Notes: a model not told the origin generated them from the sequence alone. A stretch of 64,000 nt of DNA from Candidatus Norongarragalinales archaeon (GCA_038884755.1 JAWABJ010000001.1:96001-160000); one strand, 5' to 3'; positions 27,263 through 37,211 are shown, numbered from the stretch's first letter. Numbers and translations are program-made.

Positions 27263-28564
27263 CTAGCGGGCGTTTATCCCGTCGAAGCCTGTATACGCGC
27301 GTAATGCTTTGGGTATTTCTACGCTTCCGTCTTTCTGCTGGTAATTCTCTAGGACAGCGCGCAGCGTGCGCGAGGAAGTAGCTAATGCAGTCGCATTGAG
27401 CGTATGCACGAATTCCTTCTTTTCTTCCCTCGCCCCTTGCTTTCCTATCCTGTAACGCAACCCCAAACCCGCGCTTTGGTATGACGTGCAGTTGCTCAGG
27501 CTGCACACTTCGCGGTATTTCTGCTCGCGCGGGAACCACGCTTCGATGTCGTATTTTTTCGCGGCGACCGTGCCTATGTCGCCCGTGCAGATGTTCACAA
27601 CGCGATAGGGAATTTCCAGCTTTCGCCATAATTCCTCCGTATTTTCCAAAAGCTTTTCGTGCCACTCCCAGCTTTCCTCGGGAGTGCATAAGACTACTTG
27701 CTCTACCTTGTTGAACTGGTGCATGCGGAAAAGGCCTTTGGTGTCGACGCCGTGCGCGCCTATCTCCCTTCGAAAGCATTGACTCAAGCCCGCGAGTTTG
27801 ATAGGGAGCGCGCTTTCCTCCAAGACTTCGTTTTGGTATTGCGCGATGAGCGGGTGTTCGCTCGTAGCGATGAGGAAAGAATCGTTTCCTTCGATTTTGT
27901 ACATTACTTTCTCGAAGTCGTCCAAATCCGTTACTGCCGCGTAAGCCTCTCGGTTTAGCATTAACGGCGGCTGGACGAATTCAAAGCCTTTCTTGAGCAA
28001 GTGGTCCAGTGCAAAGCGCACGAGCGCCTGTTCGAGCAACGCGATTTTTCCCTTTAGGAAGACGAAGCCGCGCCCGCTTATTTTTGCGGCGCGTTCGAAA
28101 TCCGCGCCGTTCAAGTCTTCGGCGACTTGCTCGTGTGTTTTCAAGAGGAAGTCGGGTTTTTTGATTTTGCCCCATTTTTTTACTTCCACGTTGTCTTCGC
28201 TAGTTTTTCCGTAAGGCACGCTTTCGTGCAGGACGTTGGGCAGGCGGGCGAGGTAGAAAGAGATTTTTTCCTTGAGGCTTTGCGTCTGGGCTTCGACCGT
28301 TTTGATTTTGTCCGGGATTTCCGCCGCTTCCTTGAGCAAGGCTTTCGCTTTCTTTTCGTCTCCCGATTTTTTCGCCTCGTTTATCTCTCGCGAAACGGAA
28401 TTGCGCCTTGCCCTCAGCTGTTCTGCCTCTGCGTTGAGCGAACGCCACTCTTCGTCTTTCGCAAGCAGGTCTTCGAACCACTTTTCCTTTTCGGCGTCGT
28501 GGCGCTTTTTCAAGCTTTTGCGTATCGCGTCTGGGTTTTCCCTGCAAAACCTGATGTCAAGCAT
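27263..28564 (-). CDS. serS: Serine--tRNA ligase
   Basis: MLDI, coiled-coil arm, ATSEHP, CFRREIG, GLFRMHQF.KVE, SNCT.YQ, HTLN.TA. Confidence 0.97.
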   Translation of the reverse strand: MLDIRFCRENPDAIRKSLKKRHDAEKEKWFEDLLAKDEEWRSLNAEAEQLRARRNSVSREINEAKKSGDEKKAKALLKEAAEIPDKIKTVEAQTQSLKEKISFYLARLPNVLHESVPYGKTSEDNVEVKKWGKIKKPDFLLKTHEQVAEDLNGADFERAAKISGRGFVFLKGKIALLEQALVRFALDHLLKKGFEFVQPPLMLNREAYAAVTDLDDFEKVMYKIEGNDSFLIATSEHPLIAQYQNEVLEESALPIKLAGLSQCFRREIGAHGVDTKGLFRMHQFNKVEQVVLCTPEESWEWHEKLLENTEELWRKLEIPYRVVNICTGDIGTVAAKKYDIEAWFPREQKYREVCSLSNCTSYQSAGLGLRYRIGKQGAREEKKEFVHTLNATALATSSRTLRAVLENYQQKDGSVEIPKALRAYTGFDGINAR

Positions 28565-28577
28565 CTGCTCACTCTTT

Positions 28578-29099
28578 TCAGCCGATTATCAAGTGCGGCC
28601 CGTCCTTGTTAAGTCTCCAATGGCCCTTGTCGACAAACGGGTGGTCCGCAAGTCCGGATTTTTCCAATGCGATTAGCGCATCCAGTTTTTCGTCATCATT
28701 CGCCCGCCTGCCTTCGACCCAGTGGTAAATCAACGCGCTGCCGTCCTGGTGCATTCTTTTAGGCAGTTTCACTCCTGCTTTTTTGAGCGCAGTGGCGTTT
28801 TCTTTTATCCAGTTGAGCCTTGCCTCGACGTCTCCGTCGTCATTAAAATATTTTACTCCAACAGACGCTTCGCCGCCGCCTTCCAGGCTGGCTACTATCC
28901 TGAACGTTTGGTGGTTGTTGCTTCGTCCCTGGTGGACGGGCGGGTTTTCTACGAGCAAGCGGTTTCCTGATTTCATTACTTTCCCGATTTCTCCGCCTTC
29001 CTTGCTGGGATGCACCGCCTTCCAAACGACGATTTTTTGGTTTCCCCTCAAGTGCAACGCTTCTGTTGCGAGTTCCATTGAAATGTTGTACATTGCCAT
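28578..29099 (-). CDS. Hypothetical protein, possibly degenerate protein-kinase-like fold
   Basis: VGVKYF...LKKAGVKLPK...LIYHWVEG pattern; catalytic motifs absent. Confidence 0.5.
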   Translation of the reverse strand: MAMYNISMELATEALHLRGNQKIVVWKAVHPSKEGGEIGKVMKSGNRLLVENPPVHQGRSNNHQTFRIVASLEGGGEASVGVKYFNDDGDVEARLNWIKENATALKKAGVKLPKRMHQDGSALIYHWVEGRRANDDEKLDALIALEKSGLADHPFVDKGHWRLNKDGPHLIIG

Positions 29100-29108
29100 G
29101 TGTTCCGT

Positions 29109-29684
29109 TCACTTCAATTCCAGCAATTCTCCTCTCGCTTTTTCCACTTGCCCGCGAATGCTGTCTTGCTTGGGCTTGAGCGAGCCGACTAGCGAGGAAG
29201 AGTACTTCAACACCATCAAATTGTCGTAAATGCTTTCCATGCAGTCGAACAAGTATTCCGCCTTCTTTCGGTCTTTGTTGCGCAATGCGATAAGCATCGC
29301 CCTGTGCAATTCCCCGACTACATCTGCGAGTCCGGATAAAAACTGCCGGTGGTCTATGCCCAACGCTTGAAAATCGGGCAAGGGCTTTTCCTCTAGAATT
29401 GCAATTAGGCTTTTCACTTCCACGTATTCCTGGAACGCAATCGCAGCAGACCCTTCGAACCCGTCCTTGATTTCCGAAAGCTTTTTGGCTTTAGCATCTA
29501 TCTGCGCAATTAGTTTTTTCGCCTCCGGCAAAGCACCCGTATGCAAGTGCTTTATTGCATTCGCACAATCACGCACGATTTCCCGGCTTAGCATGAGCAC
29601 GCTGTCCTGGCGTTTTTCCATCTCGTCGAGTTTTTTCGCTATCGAGGCTATGGTTTTGTGCAAGTTTTTCAAAAGCCCTTTCAC
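29109..29684 (-). CDS. Translin/Trax family protein
   Basis: SREIVR....AI..LH, QEYVE, GLADVVGEL.R, K.D..R..VE motifs. Confidence 0.88.
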   Translation of the reverse strand: MKGLLKNLHKTIASIAKKLDEMEKRQDSVLMLSREIVRDCANAIKHLHTGALPEAKKLIAQIDAKAKKLSEIKDGFEGSAAIAFQEYVEVKSLIAILEEKPLPDFQALGIDHRQFLSGLADVVGELHRAMLIALRNKDRKKAEYLFDCMESIYDNLMVLKYSSSLVGSLKPKQDSIRGQVEKARGELLELK

Positions 29685-29738
29685 CGCTTACGCAGATTTA
29701 ATATACTCTTTTGGGTTTTCTTCTTATAAAGTGATTTC

Positions 29739-30005
29739 GTGAGCGAGATTTTGGGGCTTGCAGGAGCTTTTCTTGTAGTGATAGCGTGGGTTTTCGAAGT
29801 AAACCAGATAGCTAAAACCCACCATTCTCCGTTGGACTGGAATTTCGGGGTTTTGTATTTGGCCGGTGCATTGCTTTTGACTGTTTACGCCTTTCTAATC
29901 AATTCGCCTGTGTTTGCCTTCCTCAACCTTCTCGCTGCGCTGATGGCGTTGTTCGGGCTTTACTACAAGTGGAATGAAAAGAAACGGAAGGGGCGGGGGA
30001 AGTAA
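29739..30005 (+). CDS. Small 3-TM protein, SemiSWEET/PQ-loop-like
   Basis: 88 aa; ILGLAG...AW..E, G.LLL.VYA..I..PVF..LN pattern. Confidence 0.55.
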   Translation: MSEILGLAGAFLVVIAWVFEVNQIAKTHHSPLDWNFGVLYLAGALLLTVYAFLINSPVFAFLNLLAALMALFGLYYKWNEKKRKGRGK

Positions 30006-30683
30006 ATGAAGCCGGCAGTGGTAGTTTCACTCGGCGGGAGCGTGCTTTATTCGGGTGAAAAGTTCGATTACGCCAAAGCAAAGGCGTTGTGTTCGGTTTT
30101 CGAGAAGTCTGCTGGGAAACTCAACCTAGTAGTCGTGGTGGGGGGCGGCGCTTTGGCTCAAAAGCGCGTGGAACGAGCGCGGGCGAAGGGCGCCAGCGAA
30201 TTTCATTCTGACAAGATAGCCATAGGCGCGACGCGGGAGAATGCTAAGCGCGTTGCGAAACAGTTGAAAAACGGAGTTTTCATAAGGCGTTTCAACGAAG
30301 CCTCTCCCCTGTTGAAGAAGGGCAGAATTCCCGTTTCCGGCGGAATGATGCCTGGAATAACGACCGATGCCGTTGCAGTGCTTTTCGCCGAAATGCTCGG
30401 AGCAAAGCGCGTGGTAAACGTTTCGAAAGCGGCTGGAGTTTACGATTCCAACCCTTCGAAAAACCCGAAGGCGAGAAAGTTTTCGAAAATGTCGCACGAC
30501 GAACTGGTTGGTTTGGCGATGCGCTTCGATTCGCGCAGGGCGCGAGAAAACTTCGTTTTCGACGTGGTGGCGTGCAAGCTTGCCGCGCGAAGCAAAATCC
30601 CGCTGTATTTCGTTTCCTCGGATTCTAAAGAATTGTCCAATGCTTTAGAGGGCAGGAATACTAAAGGAACCGTGGTGAGTTAA
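30006..30683 (+). CDS. pyrH: Uridylate kinase (archaeal type)
   Basis: SLGGS, VVGGG, D.IAI.ATR.NA, PG.TTDAVA, GVYDSNP. Confidence 0.95.
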   Translation: MKPAVVVSLGGSVLYSGEKFDYAKAKALCSVFEKSAGKLNLVVVVGGGALAQKRVERARAKGASEFHSDKIAIGATRENAKRVAKQLKNGVFIRRFNEASPLLKKGRIPVSGGMMPGITTDAVAVLFAEMLGAKRVVNVSKAAGVYDSNPSKNPKARKFSKMSHDELVGLAMRFDSRRARENFVFDVVACKLAARSKIPLYFVSSDSKELSNALEGRNTKGTVVS

Positions 30684-32204
30684 TTGTGGGCTCAATCCAA
30701 CAAGAAAGTAATTTTCAACGAATCCAACATTCGCTCGTATGTCAAAGCCTGCGATTCTATTTCAGTTCAACCGAATACCGAAGCCGTGGTTTTCCTCAGA
30801 GGTTCTTTCGTGCCTTTTCTGGCGAAAGCGGTTAGAAATCCGACGCTTCTCGAACACATGCACTTCGCTCCAGCAAGCAAGTTTTTACTAGAATCTACCA
30901 ACAACTTTAGAGTTTTTTTAAGAAACTATTTTACTACGGTATTGCCTAGATACCAAAATCGGAGTTTGAACTTGCTGATAATCGACGAAGCTAAGAGCGG
31001 GAGTGCCATTTCTCGCCTTTCGGGGTTGCTTCACGCTGAACTATCCTCGCTTCAAAACCAGTATGTCGAAGACAAGCTAAAACGGCTAGCAGGTCGGCCG
31101 AGTGACCTTTCAAAAATTAGTTCGAAAGCACTGCAAAATCTTGGGCATCAACATGACGAAAGCAACAAATTTCTAGATGAAATAATGCGTAAGGTTAACC
31201 TCGGTAATCTAAAACTAATTAAAGATAATGGCGATTTCACAGAGGAAGGTGCTTTTCTTTTGAAATTGTTTGTCGAGCATGGTTTTATTCCGAAAAAAGA
31301 AGCAGACGATCTTTTTCATCACCGGGTGTTGGTTGAAGCGCGTCTTGCTGCCGAGTTCGACCCAAATCACAAGCCAAACGAGTCCCATCCCTACTATAGC
31401 ATTCCTAAAGGCGCGCATCCAAATTCGTTTAAAACAATGGAAAAGCTTGCATCCCTTAGAGACTTGCCTGTGGTATTCCCCAGACTGAAATCATGGTTCA
31501 TAATAGGCCACGACAAATTGCCGCAAAAGGATTTCGTAGAGTTTTCAAACTTAGAGTTGAATGAAGACACGCACCGGCCGATCATGCAAAAAAGCGCGCT
31601 GTACAACGCCGCATTTGCAACCCTTGTAAATTATCGCCTCTCAAAACTCTTGAGCCATTTGGGTAAAAACAAAAAAGAAATGCTTCAAACGCTGGGCGTA
31701 TTGTCTGAAAGACAAAAGGAGAAGCAATCTGCCGAAAAATACCGTTTCGCTTCAGTAAGGTCTCAGCCTTTTTTGCTATCAAGCACGAGTCCTGAAGACA
31801 GGCATTTAATTGCCGATGTTATACTCGCTGCCAGCGTTTTTGGCAGGCTCAAAATCTTAATTTATACGCTTCACGGCCGTGACTCTTTCATTACCGCCAG
31901 GTCCTATACCGCCGCAAAGGAAAAAGGGGAAATAAAACAAATAGATGTTAACAGCATAATTACAATGGATAACCCGGCCACTCCTGTCTTCTACGAGAGA
32001 ACTAGCGACGAAAAAGGGTTTACCCCGCATGCTTTTGTGGAGCCAACTGAAGATTTCGAACGGCTCTCAGAAAGGCTGGTTTTTCACCTTGGAATTCGTA
32101 AAGCCGATTACGAAAAGGCACTGCACCTAATGATTCCCAAAGTTAGGCGAGACCGGACATTTATCACGACCAAGCTGCCAATAGATTTTCGTGAGTTCGA
32201 CTGA
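30684..32204 (+). CDS. Orphan protein with PRTase-like motif, atypical AT-rich composition
   Basis: 506-aa ORF filling pyrH-ppsA gap exactly; LLIIDEAKSGSA motif. Confidence 0.65.
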   Translation: MWAQSNKKVIFNESNIRSYVKACDSISVQPNTEAVVFLRGSFVPFLAKAVRNPTLLEHMHFAPASKFLLESTNNFRVFLRNYFTTVLPRYQNRSLNLLIIDEAKSGSAISRLSGLLHAELSSLQNQYVEDKLKRLAGRPSDLSKISSKALQNLGHQHDESNKFLDEIMRKVNLGNLKLIKDNGDFTEEGAFLLKLFVEHGFIPKKEADDLFHHRVLVEARLAAEFDPNHKPNESHPYYSIPKGAHPNSFKTMEKLASLRDLPVVFPRLKSWFIIGHDKLPQKDFVEFSNLELNEDTHRPIMQKSALYNAAFATLVNYRLSKLLSHLGKNKKEMLQTLGVLSERQKEKQSAEKYRFASVRSQPFLLSSTSPEDRHLIADVILAASVFGRLKILIYTLHGRDSFITARSYTAAKEKGEIKQIDVNSIITMDNPATPVFYERTSDEKGFTPHAFVEPTEDFERLSERLVFHLGIRKADYEKALHLMIPKVRRDRTFITTKLPIDFREFD

Positions 32205-34562
32205 TCAGCCGTAGTACTTATGTTGCGCTTCGCCTTTGGTTTCCAGGTTCGTGAGTTTTTCGAGCATTATTTTCTTTTCCACGCTCGCGATGATTTTTCG
32301 AGCGGTTTCAATCGAATCGGGGTTTACGCTTACGCTCGTTATTCCGTAGCGCACTACGGCTTCGGCAACTTCCGGATAAACGCTTACAGCCTGTCCGCAA
32401 AAAGAGGAAGTTACGCCGCGGGCGTTGCATTCGGTAATCACATGCTTCAACGCCCTCAGCACCGCCTCGTGGCGTTCGTCGAATTCCTCTGCAACGATGC
32501 CGCTGTCCCTGTCTACGCCCAAAATCAATTGCGTCAAGTCATTCGTGCCGAAACTTATTCCGTCAACGCCCAAGTCGAGGAATTTTTCGATTATCAACAC
32601 TGTGGAAGGCACTTCTACCATTATCCAAAGCTTGAAATCGCGGGTTTGGTAAAGCCCCTCCTCCTTCATCAGGTCTTTCACGTGCTTCAATTCGCCCGTG
32701 CGCCTCACGAACGGTATCATGAGCCACAGGTTTTTCAGCCCGAATTCTTCGCGCACTTTCTTTATCGCCTGCAGTTCCATCTTGAACACGTCGGGCTCTT
32801 TCACGTAGCGGAAGCAACCCCTGTATCCTAGCATCGGGTTTTCTTCCTGAGGCTCGAATTCCGAGCCTCCCTGCAAATTGCGGTATTCGTTAGTCTTGAA
32901 GTCTGTTGCCCTGTAAACGACTGGGCGTGGATAGAACGCTTGCGCTACTTTCCTCATGTCTTCCGCCAAACGCTGTATGAACTCCGCCTGCCTTCCTTCC
33001 TTGATTATCTTGCGAGGATGTATTCCAATGTTTGCAATTATGAATTCGGCTCGCATGAGTCCAACGCCGTCGACTTGCTTTTGCGCGATTTTCTCTGCAA
33101 TTTCGACGTTTGCTATATTGCAATACACTTTAGTTCCGGTGATTATTTCTGAAGTTGGGGCAATGGCGTTGTTTTGTTCTTGTGGCGTTCCGCCAAATTC
33201 TACTTTTCCTTCGTAAACCACGCCTCTTTTCGCGTCCACGGTTACAAGCTGCTCGTCGGAGAGCGCGGCAGTGGCCTTGCGTGTTCCAACGACGCAGGGA
33301 ATTCCCAATTCTCGCGATACGATTGCCGCGTGGGCGGTCATTCCACCTTCGTCCGTGATTATTGCAGTCGCTCGTTTCATTGCCGGCACGAAGTCTGGCG
33401 TGGTCATTTTGGTAACGAGAATGTCGCCCTTCTGCACTTTATCCAACTGATTCAAGTTCAAAACGATTTTCACTCTTCCAGTGGCAATGCCAGGCGATGC
33501 CGGCAGGCCTTGAAGCAGGATTTTGCCTGCTTGCGTTGACGCGTTTTGCCGGGATTCAAACGAAGTTTTGTCGTTTTCAGCGCTTTTCTTTAGAGTGGTT
33601 ATAGCGCGGGTTTGGACGATAAAAATGTTTTTTCCTTCGATTGCGAATTCAATGTCCTGCGGGAAGGAATAGTGCTTTTCTATTTCCGCGCACACTCGCG
33701 CGAGGGAAGTGATTTCGGAGTCGGAGAGCTTTTGCATTTCCTGCATTTCCTGCCCCACGGAGGTCCACTCGTCGCCTTTCGGAGTCTTGACTATCATCCT
33801 CTCCTGTTTTTCAACGGTTTTCTCGATTATTTTGAAATTCCTCTTGTCTACGACGTACTTGTCGGGGGTTATGCTTCCGCTTACCACCGCTTCACCCAGC
33901 CCAAAGCCCGCTTCGATGACCATGTTGTTTTCGTTTTGCGAAACGGGGTCGACCGTGAAGGCTATTCCCGATTTTTCCGATTCTATCATTTTCTGCACAA
34001 CGACCGCGATGCCCACGCGCAGGTGGTCGAAGCCCTGCTGCTGGCGGTAGTAAATCGCCCGCGCTTCGAATAAGGACGCCCAGCAGGCTCTGACCGCGTT
34101 GATTATCCGCTCGTTGCCTTTCACGTTCAAGAACGTCGCTTGCTGTCCTGCAAAGGAAGCTTGCGGCAAGTCTTCTGCGGTCGCGCTCGACCGCACGGCG
34201 ACGAAAACTTCTTCGCTTGCCGAGGGAATGAAGCCTTTCGCGTCGCAAAGCTTGTTGTAAGCGTGCGTGATGTCTGCAGCGACGTTGTTGTCGATGCGGG
34301 CGTTGAGAATCGCGGTTTTTATGGCTTGAGACGCCTTTTGCACCGCGCTAGTGTTTTCGTAGTTAAGGCCTTGCGTTTCCCTTTCAATGACTTTCTCCAG
34401 CCCGTTTTTCTTTACGAAGTCGAAGTAGGTTTCGGCGGAAACGATGAACGCGGGTGGGACTGGAAAGCCGGCGTTTGACATTTCGGCGAGGTTGGCGCCC
34501 TTGCCTCCCGCTATGGAAAGCGAAGTTTTGTCGAGTTCGTTGAGCCAATAGGTGGTTTTCAT
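32205..34562 (-). CDS. ppsA: Phosphoenolpyruvate synthase
   Basis: GGKGANL.EM, AVRSSATAEDLP.ASFAGQQ, GG.TAHAAIVSRELG, ENPMLGYRG, GTNDLTQ. Confidence 0.97.
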   Translation of the reverse strand: MKTTYWLNELDKTSLSIAGGKGANLAEMSNAGFPVPPAFIVSAETYFDFVKKNGLEKVIERETQGLNYENTSAVQKASQAIKTAILNARIDNNVAADITHAYNKLCDAKGFIPSASEEVFVAVRSSATAEDLPQASFAGQQATFLNVKGNERIINAVRACWASLFEARAIYYRQQQGFDHLRVGIAVVVQKMIESEKSGIAFTVDPVSQNENNMVIEAGFGLGEAVVSGSITPDKYVVDKRNFKIIEKTVEKQERMIVKTPKGDEWTSVGQEMQEMQKLSDSEITSLARVCAEIEKHYSFPQDIEFAIEGKNIFIVQTRAITTLKKSAENDKTSFESRQNASTQAGKILLQGLPASPGIATGRVKIVLNLNQLDKVQKGDILVTKMTTPDFVPAMKRATAIITDEGGMTAHAAIVSRELGIPCVVGTRKATAALSDEQLVTVDAKRGVVYEGKVEFGGTPQEQNNAIAPTSEIITGTKVYCNIANVEIAEKIAQKQVDGVGLMRAEFIIANIGIHPRKIIKEGRQAEFIQRLAEDMRKVAQAFYPRPVVYRATDFKTNEYRNLQGGSEFEPQEENPMLGYRGCFRYVKEPDVFKMELQAIKKVREEFGLKNLWLMIPFVRRTGELKHVKDLMKEEGLYQTRDFKLWIMVEVPSTVLIIEKFLDLGVDGISFGTNDLTQLILGVDRDSGIVAEEFDERHEAVLRALKHVITECNARGVTSSFCGQAVSVYPEVAEAVVRYGITSVSVNPDSIETARKIIASVEKKIMLEKLTNLETKGEAQHKYYG

Positions 34563-34658
34563 TCCAAAGCTTTATCAGGAAAAAACAATATTTAAAGAGT
34601 GGTTAGCGCGTAAGGCTGGCGCTGTGGGGGGGGTTTGAGGTTTTTGCGGAGAACGAGC

Positions 34659-35330
34659 TCACTTGCCTTTGGCAGGCTTTTCTTCTTTTGCCGTTTCTTC
34701 GGCAGGCGCTGCGGTTGCTTCGGAGGCTGCGGCTTCTGACGCGGGCTTTTCTTCCTCTATTTCCTTCTTCGCGAAAACTACTTCCCTCTTCGCGAGGTTG
34801 GCCGCATCGTGAGAAATGTCTTTGATTTTCAGCAGCGTTTTTCCGGGCATCTTGATTGCCGCCCGCCTGAGGGCTTCCTTCAGGGTAGGCAAGTCTTTTG
34901 CGTAAATGCGCATGCGCATTACGGGCTTTCCGCCTTCGACTTGCGCCAGGCGCCCTTTGGGCCTTCCGAAAGCGCGTTTCATTCCCTTGCTGATTCTGTC
35001 CGCGCCTGCAACGCCCAACGCGCTGTGCTCGCGGAGTATCAAGTGCGGGTAGGGAACGACTTGCATGAAGTAATTGCCGGGAATGATTTTTTCCAGGTAT
35101 TTGTTGGCCGATTGTCTTGCCGCTTCGAGCGCATTGTCGCGGATTCTCACTCCGTGCTCTTCCACGATTTCGACCTCGAGCTCGTAAGGCTTGTCCACGC
35201 CCATGAGGTATTGCCTCACTTTCGGTTGAGGCGCGCCTTTCACGAAGCTTTTCCTGGGTTTTTTGCGCGAAGTGCGGGCCCAAGGCTGGCCTCTGATGTC
35301 GCGCGAGGTTTTTGCGGGCCTGATTCCCAT
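34659..35330 (-). CDS. rpl10e: 50S ribosomal protein L10e/uL16 with acidic C-terminal tail
   Basis: IRDNALEAAR, YPH.ILRE, AGADR...GM..AFG.P.G. Confidence 0.95.
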   Translation of the reverse strand: MGIRPAKTSRDIRGQPWARTSRKKPRKSFVKGAPQPKVRQYLMGVDKPYELEVEIVEEHGVRIRDNALEAARQSANKYLEKIIPGNYFMQVVPYPHLILREHSALGVAGADRISKGMKRAFGRPKGRLAQVEGGKPVMRMRIYAKDLPTLKEALRRAAIKMPGKTLLKIKDISHDAANLAKREVVFAKKEIEEEKPASEAAASEATAAPAEETAKEEKPAKGK

Positions 35331-35478
35331 ATTTCCTAAGCACCTTTTTGAACGCAATAAACGCTTGAATAGTCCTTCAATCTAAAGAAAAGACTAGATC
35401 GAACGAAAGGAATATGAAAAAAGGCTTTAAAAAAGCTTTTGCAACGGCGTTTTTTAATTTGCCGCGCTTAATGTCAGC

Positions 35479-36081
35479 ATGGCCGATTTCACCGCGCAGC
35501 TGATAAACGCCTTCATCACCCTGTTCGTCATAATAGATCCTTTCACGAGCACGCCCGTATTCTATTCAATGACGCGGAAAAAATCGGCGGAGGAAAAGCT
35601 TGAAGCGGCGAAGACCGCGACTTTGGTCGCGGCTAGCGCGCTGTTCGTTTTCATGGTAGCCGGCCCGTTTCTCTTCGGACTGCTGGGCATAAACATCAAC
35701 CACTTTCGCATCGCGGGCGGAATAATCCTTTTCATCATCGGCTTGGAGTACGTGCTGAAAATCACGCTGCCGCGAGAAAAGCAAGAATCGCACGTTAATC
35801 TTGAGGTGGTGGTCATAGGCGTGCCTTTGATTACCGGGCCAGGAGCTTTGACCGTTTCCGTAATCTTGGTTAATACCGTGGGATTGGAAATTACTGCTTT
35901 GGCTGCAGCACTGGTAATGGTTTGCACTTTCTTCATTCTCCTGCTCGCGCCCAGGATAATGGCTTTGCTGGGCGAGACGGGAAGCGAAGTTTTCTCGAGA
36001 ATAATGGGATTGCTTTTGGCTAGCATTGCAGTGAACATGGTTTTGACCGGGCTTGCGGCAGCCAGAAGCGCGGTCGGCTGA
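35479..36081 (+). CDS. MarC family membrane protein
   Basis: IIDPF...PVF, FRIAGGIIL, PLITGPG, RIMGLLL..IA. Confidence 0.93.
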   Translation: MADFTAQLINAFITLFVIIDPFTSTPVFYSMTRKKSAEEKLEAAKTATLVAASALFVFMVAGPFLFGLLGININHFRIAGGIILFIIGLEYVLKITLPREKQESHVNLEVVVIGVPLITGPGALTVSVILVNTVGLEITALAAALVMVCTFFILLLAPRIMALLGETGSEVFSRIMGLLLASIAVNMVLTGLAAARSAVG

Positions 36082-36095
36082 GGCGTTTTGGAAGA

Positions 36096-36698
36096 ATGGT
36101 TTCCCTTTCCGAAATCGAAGGCTTTTTTTTTGAGATATTAAAGCCAGTGGTGGTCGCCTACGGGGGAGTGGGCATTGCTTTCGCCATGTTTTTAGAGTCT
36201 TCAATCCTGCCCGTGCCTTCGGAATTGATTTTGATTACTGCAGGCTTGTTTTTCGACCCGATTACGGTTGCTTTTTGGGGAACCATAGGTTCGACGCTCG
36301 GCGCGATGGTCGGATACTATATAGGCTTCAAGGGCGGAAGGCCTGTTGTCGACAAGCTGGGGGCTTACCTTTTCATGACTCCCGAGCGTGTCATGAAAAT
36401 GGAGCGGAAGTTCGGAGAGTGGGGTTCGCACGCAGTGCTCATAGGGCGCTTGTTTCCGTTCGTCCCTTTCAAGGTTTTCTCGATAACGAGCGGAATACTG
36501 CGCTTCAATTTCGAAAACTTCGTCGTAATGACTTTCATCGGCACGCTGCCGCGGGCTTTTCTTTTAGCGTGGCTTGGGAACGCCTTGCTTCAATACCGTT
36601 CGCAATTCTGGATTGCGGCGGCAACCCTAGTTTTGCTGGCGGCGGTAGCGTATTTCGTGAAGAAAGCGGTCGAAAAACGCGGTGCCAGCAAGCATTAA
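36096..36698 (+). CDS. DedA family membrane protein
   Basis: LES..LPVPSE, GYYIG..GGR, GRLFP, F.....IG motifs. Confidence 0.92.
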   Translation: MVSLSEIEGFFFEILKPVVVAYGGVGIAFAMFLESSILPVPSELILITAGLFFDPITVAFWGTIGSTLGAMVGYYIGFKGGRPVVDKLGAYLFMTPERVMKMERKFGEWGSHAVLIGRLFPFVPFKVFSITSGILRFNFENFVVMTFIGTLPRAFLLAWLGNALLQYRSQFWIAAATLVLLAAVAYFVKKAVEKRGASKH

Positions 36699-36803
36699 AA
36701 ACCCAGTCCGACCAAAAGTTTATCTCTGGTTTTAACAACGCCAGTTCATGTCGGATTCGTTCTGCGCTTTTCGCAGAACCCCGGAAAACAGGTGAGAAAA
36801 AAT

Positions 36804-37211
36804 ATGGGTGCTTTCAAGTACATCAAAGCAAGCTTTGAAAAAGCTTTTAAAACTCGTTCGGAAGCGTACAAAAAACGCCTGCAGGCTTGGAGGAAGCAGT
36901 CTTCCGTAGAGCGAGTTGAAAAACCCACCAATCCCGTGCGGGCTAGGGAATTGGGCTACAAGGCTTCGAAAGACTTCATCGTGGTGCGCGTTCGCACTCG
37001 CAGGGGCAAGTTCAAGCGCCCGAGACCGGATTTGGGAAGAAAGCCGGCGAAAAACCGCCTTCGTGAAAATCCCGGAAAGCCATGGGGCTGGAGTGCAGAG
37101 CAAAAGGCGCAACGCTTTTACCCGAACATGCGAGTGGTGAACAGCTATTGGGTGGGGGAAGACGGTGTCGCCCAGTATTTCGAAGTTATAATGAAAAACC
37201 GCTTCGCTTGA
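36804..37211 (+). CDS. rpl15e: 50S ribosomal protein L15e (short form)
   Basis: RVEKPT...RAR.LGYKA, V.NSYWVGEDG...YFEVI. Confidence 0.95.
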   Translation: MGAFKYIKASFEKAFKTRSEAYKKRLQAWRKQSSVERVEKPTNPVRARELGYKASKDFIVVRVRTRRGKFKRPRPDLGRKPAKNRLRENPGKPWGWSAEQKAQRFYPNMRVVNSYWVGEDGVAQYFEVIMKNRFA

